A stretch of 64,000 bases of DNA from a virus. The notes beneath the pieces were generated by a model. The model saw only the letters and a program-made list of their open reading frames with translations, had not been told where the DNA came from and did not search any database. Where the stretch lies: positions 32,001 to 96,000 of the IMG/VR virus record IMGVR_UViG_3300025889_000075; one strand, given 5' to 3'. Shown here piece after piece: positions 58,227 to 64,000 of the stretch. Each line of letters starts with the position of its first letter. The first letter of the stretch is position 1. A program made the translations under genes and the position numbers.

Positions 58227-59384
58227 ATGGCAATTAATATACAGAATTTATTAAATGTTGTTCAGGCGAAGTTAAACGCAACAACGCCAACGACACCTGC
58301 ACTTGAATTTTCTAGATTGTCATCGATATCTGATATGTTAGAAGATCATGGAGCGGCTGTTAAATCTTATCCTGGATTAGCATCATTTCCAACAGCAGAC
58401 TCAGCGAATCATGGTGACATTGCTTACAGTTTAGATAGCGCAACGTATAGAATATCAGAGCAACTTGCTTGGAGAGAAATATCATTAAATGCTGATAGTG
58501 TGATTGCTGCTGCTCCTACTAGCACACAAGCACAAGGTTCTACCAGTGGATATAATTCTGGTGGATTTTTAAATTCCGGCAACTCAAACGTCATCGAAAA
58601 ATTTCCATTCTCTACTGACGCTAATGCTACTGATGTTGGTGATTTGACACTAGGAAGATATAATGCATCAGGTCAATCTTCAACTGCTAGTGGGTATACT
58701 TCTGGTGGATCCAGTCCTGGACTATCACCCTATATTGTCAATAACATTGATAAATTTCCATTCTCTGCTGATGGTAATGCTACCGATGTAGGGGATTTGT
58801 CAGTAACAAGAACTGGAACAGCAGGACAATCTTCAGACGCTAGTGGATATATTTCTGGAGGTAGTTTGCCTGCTGCTTCTAATGTCATTGATAAATTCTC
58901 ATTCTCTTCTGATGGTAATGCAACTGACGTAGGCGATTTAACAGAAGCAAGAATAAAACCATCAGGACAATCATCAACTGTTAGTGGATATAATTCTGGT
59001 GGAACAGGGACTGGCAATATCATAGATAAATTCCCGTTCGCCTCTAATGCTAATGCTACCGATGTTGGTGATATAACGGTAGCGAGAAACTATGCTGTAG
59101 GTCAAAATTCAGACGCTAGTGGTTATACCTCTGGAGGATCCCCAACGTCGAATGTTATCGATAAATTCCCGTTTTCATCCGACGCGAATGCTACTGACGT
59201 AGGAGATTTGACAGTAGCAAGATATACATCAGCAGGTCAATCGTCAACTGCTAGTGGATATACTTCTGGAGGGTATCCATATCAAAACACTATTGATAAA
59301 TTCTCATTCTCTTCTGATGGTAATGCGACTGACGTTGGAGATATGACAGAAGTAAAGGGTTTCGTTATAGGACAACAGGTATAA
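58227..59384 (+). CDS. Propeller-array paralogue 11 (anchor type B)
   Basis: FPTADSANHGDIAYSLDSATYRISEQLAWRE anchor; six canonical repeats; ends GQQV. Confidence 0.8.
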   Translation: MAINIQNLLNVVQAKLNATTPTTPALEFSRLSSISDMLEDHGAAVKSYPGLASFPTADSANHGDIAYSLDSATYRISEQLAWREISLNADSVIAAAPTSTQAQGSTSGYNSGGFLNSGNSNVIEKFPFSTDANATDVGDLTLGRYNASGQSSTASGYTSGGSSPGLSPYIVNNIDKFPFSADGNATDVGDLSVTRTGTAGQSSDASGYISGGSLPAASNVIDKFSFSSDGNATDVGDLTEARIKPSGQSSTVSGYNSGGTGTGNIIDKFPFASNANATDVGDITVARNYAVGQNSDASGYTSGGSPTSNVIDKFPFSSDANATDVGDLTVARYTSAGQSSTASGYTSGGYPYQNTIDKFSFSSDGNATDVGDMTEVKGFVIGQQV

Positions 59385-59387
59385 ATT

Positions 59388-60638
59388 ATGGCAATTGATC
59401 TAAAAGAATTATTAAGTGCAGTACAGAGCAAGATTGGTAATCTTACGCCGTCAAGTCCATCGCGTCAAATTGAATTCTTGGCGAAAGCAGCAGTTAGGTC
59501 AGGAGAGAATTTAGTTCGCTCTTACGATTCTGATGGTGAGTTTTTAGATTCTGCGACAACTTCGCCTTATTTAATGCTCTATCATACAACAGATAAAAAT
59601 ATCTACATGTGGGATAGCGATGGTACTTGGAAACCGATTAGCGGCAATGAAGCGTTATTGGTTGGTTTACAAGGGGATTTAGCGGGGTATGCTATAACAG
59701 GAAGAAAAGCCACAAACTCCGACATAGATAATATTGTTGCATTTAGGTTTGCTTCAGGATCAGAAACTATCTATAATCAGGGTCTTAGTGGGGTAAACTC
59801 TTTGCCGGCAGGTGTTGGTATGGGTCATGGTCGTGGTACAATGAGTGAGACTAATGGATATCATTACGGTGGTTATAATCCTCCTTCTCCAATGTCAAGC
59901 ACAATGTATAAATTTCCATTTTCTTCTACTGGTGGACTTTCTGGTTTAAGTAGTATGAGTCCGCATGGAGCATATGCTTGGACTGCAGCTGTTTCAGCAC
60001 AAGGTCCAGGATACGGTTATTATTCAGCTGGGCGAGCATTACCCGCAGGTGCATCAAGCGCAACACATAAATTTCAATTTTCTAATGATACTTCTGCGGC
60101 GACTCCTGTTGGGACTACTAATTTTAGCTCTTATGCTACTGGTCAAACAGATGTCGTAGGCGGGCAGGGTCATATATTTCAATATGATATCATTGGAGGA
60201 TCATCAAGAGATAAATACCCATTTGCCTCTGATGTTAATGCTACTGCTATAACAAGTATTTCGATCTCAAAATATGGTTCTCAAGGATCTACTGGAGACG
60301 CTAGTAATTATTATCAAGCAGGTGGAGTAAACCCAAGCGGAAGTACCATTTACACTGATATTTACAAAATGAATTTCACAAGTGAAGGACCTTCAACAAA
60401 CATCGGCGATTTAACTACTGCAAGATATCAGACTGGAGGTTATTCTTATTCTGGCGGAACTGCTTTTATTGCGGGGGGGAGTTCCGGAACTCCTTCTCCA
60501 AACTATTTAAACCCATTAGCATATACATCAACTATTGAAGGTATTTCTTTTGCTAGTGATACCATCGGTGTTGCTGCTGGTTCTGGAATGTCTGGACCAT
60601 CGCCAGCTCGATCTGGATATGGTTGCGTTCAGGTTTGA
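59388..60638 (+). CDS. Propeller-array paralogue 12 (anchor type C, divergent propeller)
   Basis: YDSDGEFLDSATTSPY anchor; degenerate repeats; ends CVQV. Confidence 0.78.
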   Translation: MAIDLKELLSAVQSKIGNLTPSSPSRQIEFLAKAAVRSGENLVRSYDSDGEFLDSATTSPYLMLYHTTDKNIYMWDSDGTWKPISGNEALLVGLQGDLAGYAITGRKATNSDIDNIVAFRFASGSETIYNQGLSGVNSLPAGVGMGHGRGTMSETNGYHYGGYNPPSPMSSTMYKFPFSSTGGLSGLSSMSPHGAYAWTAAVSAQGPGYGYYSAGRALPAGASSATHKFQFSNDTSAATPVGTTNFSSYATGQTDVVGGQGHIFQYDIIGGSSRDKYPFASDVNATAITSISISKYGSQGSTGDASNYYQAGGVNPSGSTIYTDIYKMNFTSEGPSTNIGDLTTARYQTGGYSYSGGTAFIAGGSSGTPSPNYLNPLAYTSTIEGISFASDTIGVAAGSGMSGPSPARSGYGCVQV

Positions 60639-60663
60639 TTCTCTTTAAAATTTAATATATACT
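60635..60663 (+). promoter_or_regulatory. Sigma70-like promoter TTGATT-N17-TATACT
   Basis: -35 at 60635-60640 and -10 at 60658-60663, 25 nt before the sulfotransferase ATG. The AT-rich context lowers certainty. Confidence 0.5.
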
Positions 60664-60688
60664 ATTGTTATTTAATTATTAATTTATT

Positions 60689-61528
60689 ATGAAACAATTA
60701 CATTTTTGCGGTGGACTTCCACGTTCAGGATCAACAGTCTTAATGAATATACTTCAGCAAAACCCTGAAGTATTCACGACCACAACTGATCCTCTTCCGA
60801 TGAATCTTCAACGATATATTCTTCAGAGATTTCGTGTAACTGAAATGTTCCAAGCAATGGACGGTGATCATGCAGATCGTGCGTTGTATGGTATGGCAAT
60901 GGGAGCAATTAATGGTTGGTACAGCGGATTAACAAATAAACCTGTTGTTATCTCTAAGACTCGTTATTGGAATCGTATACATCATTTACTGCCGAATGCA
61001 AAAATATTAATTATGATTCGAGACTTGAGGGACATCGTCGAAAGTTTCAACAAAGTTAATTTAAGATTAAAAGCATTACATTCATACGAAACAGAAGGTA
61101 GCGCGTTATATGCTGCTATGACTGAGATGCAAAAATTTGATTATCATTTCGGCAAAGATAATTCTTTAAGTGCATCATTACAAGAAGAAGTACCAGCAGC
61201 AATGGAATTTTGGATGTATGAGAATAAACAAGACACAATTAAGTTTATTCGTTACGAAGACTTTCTTAAAGATCCTATAGATACAATTAGATCAATCTAT
61301 GCTTTTCTTAATTTAAATTATTACGAACACGACTTAAATAATATTTCACAATCAGAAATGTTTGAACATGATAATGCCTATTTTATGGAGAAAACTGATC
61401 ATCGGACCAAACCCTCCTTTATTAAATGGCAACCACCAAAAAGGTTATTAAGCGAACGTATACATAATCGTATACTTAAAGAATATCAATGGTTTTATGA
61501 AGGATTTTATCCGGAGGAATTAAAATAA
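60689..61528 (+). CDS. PAPS-dependent sulfotransferase
   Basis: 5'-PSB loop GGLPRSGSTVL..IL.QNP; 3'-PB KILIMIRDLRDIVES; IRYEDF..DP..TI..IY.FL. Confidence 0.88.
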   Translation: MKQLHFCGGLPRSGSTVLMNILQQNPEVFTTTTDPLPMNLQRYILQRFRVTEMFQAMDGDHADRALYGMAMGAINGWYSGLTNKPVVISKTRYWNRIHHLLPNAKILIMIRDLRDIVESFNKVNLRLKALHSYETEGSALYAAMTEMQKFDYHFGKDNSLSASLQEEVPAAMEFWMYENKQDTIKFIRYEDFLKDPIDTIRSIYAFLNLNYYEHDLNNISQSEMFEHDNAYFMEKTDHRTKPSFIKWQPPKRLLSERIHNRILKEYQWFYEGFYPEELK

Positions 61529-62883
61529 TGGAAATGGCAGCGCAACAACAATATACCGCAGCAGATGCTTTTCGTGATAGGGGATACGTATATTTAAATA
61601 GTACCATCTCTAGAAAAGATTGTGAAGAACTAACGAAGTATATGTTCTCACTTTATGATAAAGGAGTGCTTGAAAAAGACGAGCAATGTCCTCTTTCCGA
61701 TTCAGTTTATGGTGATGAAATCTTTGATGGTATCGCTAGAGAATTAGCAGGTCCGTTGTCGAATCAACTCGGCGTTCAGTTGCTCCCTACCTACACTTAC
61801 GCCAGGATTTATCGCAACGGGGAAATACTAGTGCGTCATAAAGATCGCCCCTCATGCGAGATCTCAGGAACCATGACACTCGGTTTCGATGATGGTTCAG
61901 GACTTTGGCCAATTTATTTCGCTGAGAATGATGACGATCAAATAGGAACTCCTTACGAAATTAATATCGGTGATTTGGTAATGTACCGTGGTTGCGAACT
62001 TCCTCACTGGAGACCGAAATATAAAGGTAAGTGGCAAGTTCAAATCTTTTTCCATTTTGTTGATGCTAATGGTCCACACAAAGATTTTGTCTGGGACGGC
62101 AGGAAGTCAATGGGGAAAAAGAAAACTCCAGATAATATGAGAGAAAAAGGTGAAACTCCTACGCTCGACATGTTTAAGGGTAAGGTCATCAATGATGAAG
62201 TTGATGTTATGCGCGGAAGAAACATTCCTGAAGATATTAAATTCTATCATCTTCCACAATCACAATGGATCACTAATGGTATTATGATTCGAACTTGTGA
62301 TAACGAGTTTCCTGGTGCTTCGTTCTTCAGTAAAAAAGGCGTTCATCCTGAAATGACATTAAGTCTAGAAGAATGTAAACGAGTAATCTCTTATGCCGAT
62401 CAAAAATATGGAATGAAATCTACCGTTGGTTCTGATGAATCAAGAGCATACAATAAGGAAATTCGTGAAGTTGATACATACACTCTGGAGCATACACCAG
62501 AAACTTCTTGGTTGTTTCAGAAAGTAGCAGCTGCCGTGGGTGTAGTAAACGCTGAATACTACCGCTGGAATCTTCTTGGTATTACTCATGCTCTGCAGTT
62601 ACTACATTATAAAGGCGAAGATAAATCTCATTATCAGTGGCATATTGACGCGGGACCAACGAGCAGCGCAACGAGAAAACTATCTCTTTCTATTCCGCTC
62701 AATGATGACTATGAGGGAGGCGATCTTATAATCAATAGCAACGGTGTTATAATGACTGCGCCCAAAGAACTCGGATCTATTTCTTTCTTCCCAAGTTTCA
62801 GTTTGCATAAAGTTGAACCTGTTACTAAAGGTGAGCGCTGGGTAATCGTCGCTTGGATTCATGGACCTGATCGATTTAAATAG
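61528..62883 (+). CDS. Tandem two-domain 2OG-Fe(II) oxygenase (prolyl-hydroxylase/PKHD-like)
   Basis: Domain 1: PTYTYARIY..GE.L.RHKDRPSCEIS...HWR. Domain 2: WHID...RKLS...DYEGGDL...FPSF.LH.VEPVTKGERW.IV.W. Confidence 0.88.
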   Translation: MEMAAQQQYTAADAFRDRGYVYLNSTISRKDCEELTKYMFSLYDKGVLEKDEQCPLSDSVYGDEIFDGIARELAGPLSNQLGVQLLPTYTYARIYRNGEILVRHKDRPSCEISGTMTLGFDDGSGLWPIYFAENDDDQIGTPYEINIGDLVMYRGCELPHWRPKYKGKWQVQIFFHFVDANGPHKDFVWDGRKSMGKKKTPDNMREKGETPTLDMFKGKVINDEVDVMRGRNIPEDIKFYHLPQSQWITNGIMIRTCDNEFPGASFFSKKGVHPEMTLSLEECKRVISYADQKYGMKSTVGSDESRAYNKEIREVDTYTLEHTPETSWLFQKVAAAVGVVNAEYYRWNLLGITHALQLLHYKGEDKSHYQWHIDAGPTSSATRKLSLSIPLNDDYEGGDLIINSNGVIMTAPKELGSISFFPSFSLHKVEPVTKGERWVIVAWIHGPDRFK

Positions 62884-62891
62884 CGAATCCT

Positions 62892-62899
62892 TATAAATA
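62892..62899 (+). promoter_or_regulatory. T4-type late promoter TATAAATA
   Basis: Exact consensus upstream of gp13. Confidence 0.85.
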
Positions 62900-62927
62900 A
62901 ACAGGAGTCAATTAGGATTATGCTAAA

Positions 62928-63683
62928 ATGCCAGCAATTACAAGTAGAGATACGCTTATTGATTATTGCTTGAGGAAACTTGGCGACCCTGTTATTGAAA
63001 TAAACGTCGATCAGGATCAAATAGAAGATAAAGTAGATGATGCTCTGCAAATGTATCAGGAGTATCATAGCGACGCAACAATTCGTACTTATTTGAAGCA
63101 TCTCGTTACTGCTGATGATGTTTCGAATAAGTACATTCCTATTTCATCAGATATTATTTACGTATCTAAACTATTCCCCGTAACGTCAACCTTTGGATCA
63201 TCAGGCAACTTATTTGATATTCGTTATCAGATGATGTTGAACAACATGGGCGACTTTATTAACTTTGCTGGTGATATTGCTTATCTTTATCAGATGGAGC
63301 AATACCTCAGCATGGTCGATCAAACATTGCACGGCAATCCATTAGTTAGATTTTCTAGAAGACAAAACCGTCTTTATCTCTTTGGAGATTTCGAAGATAA
63401 AGATGTCAAAGCAGGTGACTATTTAATTGCTGAGGTTTATCAAATAGTAAACCCACAATCTCACACCAGCGTTTATAACGACATGTTCATTAAGAACTAT
63501 ACTACTGCGCTAATTAAACAGCAGTGGGGTATTAACATGTCTAAATTTGAAGGTATGCAATTACCTGGAGGAGTAACAGTTAGCGGAAGACAAATGTATG
63601 ATGACGCAACAACTGAGTTAGAAAAACTCGAAGAGAAACTGCGTCTTGAACAAGAATTACCTCCTGACTTTTTTGTAGGTTAA
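62928..63683 (+). CDS. gp13: Neck protein
   Basis: LIDYCLRKLG.PVIEINVD.DQIED, ALIKQQWG.N.SKFEG.QLPGGVT..G, ELPPDFFVG. Confidence 0.95.
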   Translation: MPAITSRDTLIDYCLRKLGDPVIEINVDQDQIEDKVDDALQMYQEYHSDATIRTYLKHLVTADDVSNKYIPISSDIIYVSKLFPVTSTFGSSGNLFDIRYQMMLNNMGDFINFAGDIAYLYQMEQYLSMVDQTLHGNPLVRFSRRQNRLYLFGDFEDKDVKAGDYLIAEVYQIVNPQSHTSVYNDMFIKNYTTALIKQQWGINMSKFEGMQLPGGVTVSGRQMYDDATTELEKLEEKLRLEQELPPDFFVG

Positions 63684-63684
63684 A

Positions 63685-64000
63685 ATGGCGACAAATCAAT
63701 ATTTCTCTCGCGGATCTAAATCCGAGCAAAGACTTTATGAGGATCTAGTAATAGAATCTTTGAAGATGTACGGGCAAGATGTTTATTATGTCCCGAGAGA
63801 AATCGTGCGCAGAGATACTATTTTCAATGAAGCGACATTATCTCGTTTTTTAAATGCATATAAAATAGAAATGTATTTAGAAAATACAGATGGGTTTGAG
63901 GGCGAAGGCGATTTGTTTACTAAGTTCGGTATTCAAATTAGAGATACTGCTAATTTTGTTGTTTCAAGAAAAAGATTTAACTGGGAAGTTGGTAGTATAG
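63685..64000 (+). CDS. gp14: Neck protein (5' part, truncated by the window end)
   Basis: Hand translation MATNQYFSRGSKSEQRLYEDLVIESLKMYGQDVYYVPRE...IEMYLENTDGFEGEGDLFTKFGIQIRD. Confidence 0.93.
   Translation, partial: MATNQYFSRGSKSEQRLYEDLVIESLKMYGQDVYYVPREIVRRDTIFNEATLSRFLNAYKIEMYLENTDGFEGEGDLFTKFGIQIRDTANFVVSRKRFNWEVGSI

Noticed and set aside
54960-59384. CRISPR-like regularly spaced DNA repeats
   Set aside because: The repeats are in-frame coding blades with synonymous variation; no cas genes and no unique spacers.
13800-59640. Assigning a Bacteroidetes host from the DS sequon
   Set aside because: That host system acts on exported proteins in the periplasm whereas virions assemble in the cytoplasm, and frequent DSD/DSS/DSG do not fit its third position well. 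The host cannot be inferred from this window.
46801-60638. Diversity-generating retroelement or invertible shufflon behind the propeller variation
   Set aside because: No reverse transcriptase or recombinase in the window, all genes are co-oriented, no inverted repeats seen, and differences are not adenine-specific.
1-64000. tRNA, rRNA, introns, inteins
   Set aside because: Intergenic gaps are under about 65 nt and core genes appear uninterrupted; none recognised by eye, and no covariance search was run.

Overview
This window is the virion-morphogenesis (late) region of an AT-rich T4-like myovirus, with a gene complement resembling aquatic T4-like phages; the host cannot be determined from it. 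A minus-strand block (gp4, gp2, gp54-like, gp26/gp51-like, start of a probable gp29 hub/tape-measure gene) diverges from a long plus-strand block. That block runs gp48, gp53, gp27-like hub, a gp5 split into three genes around an amidase, gp25, gp6, gp7, gp9/10, gp8 and a DUF4815/VrlC-like giant, then about 40 kb of accessory fibre genes, then neck gp13/gp14. TATAAATA late promoters punctuate it. The accessory region holds several repeat-built fibres (856, 1231, 855 and 2855 aa), a glycine-rich adhesin-like gene, and a tandem array of 12 paralogues (11 kelch-like beta-propellers plus one anchor-only gene). It also holds two enzyme cassettes: glycosyltransferase + 2OG-Fe(II) oxygenase, and sulfotransferase + double 2OG-Fe(II) oxygenase. 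Most notable: (1) an Asp-Ser (DS) motif saturates the peripheral virion proteins but not the core ones, and with the adjacent enzymes suggests a phage-encoded virion-decoration system; (2) the propeller array has alternating anchor types, conserved gene junctions and signs of blade exchange; (3) a U8 slippery site would fuse the gp26-like and gp51-like ORFs by a -1 frameshift just upstream of the likely tape-measure gene. Family assignments come from motif recognition and synteny; no database searches were run, and counts are by hand.
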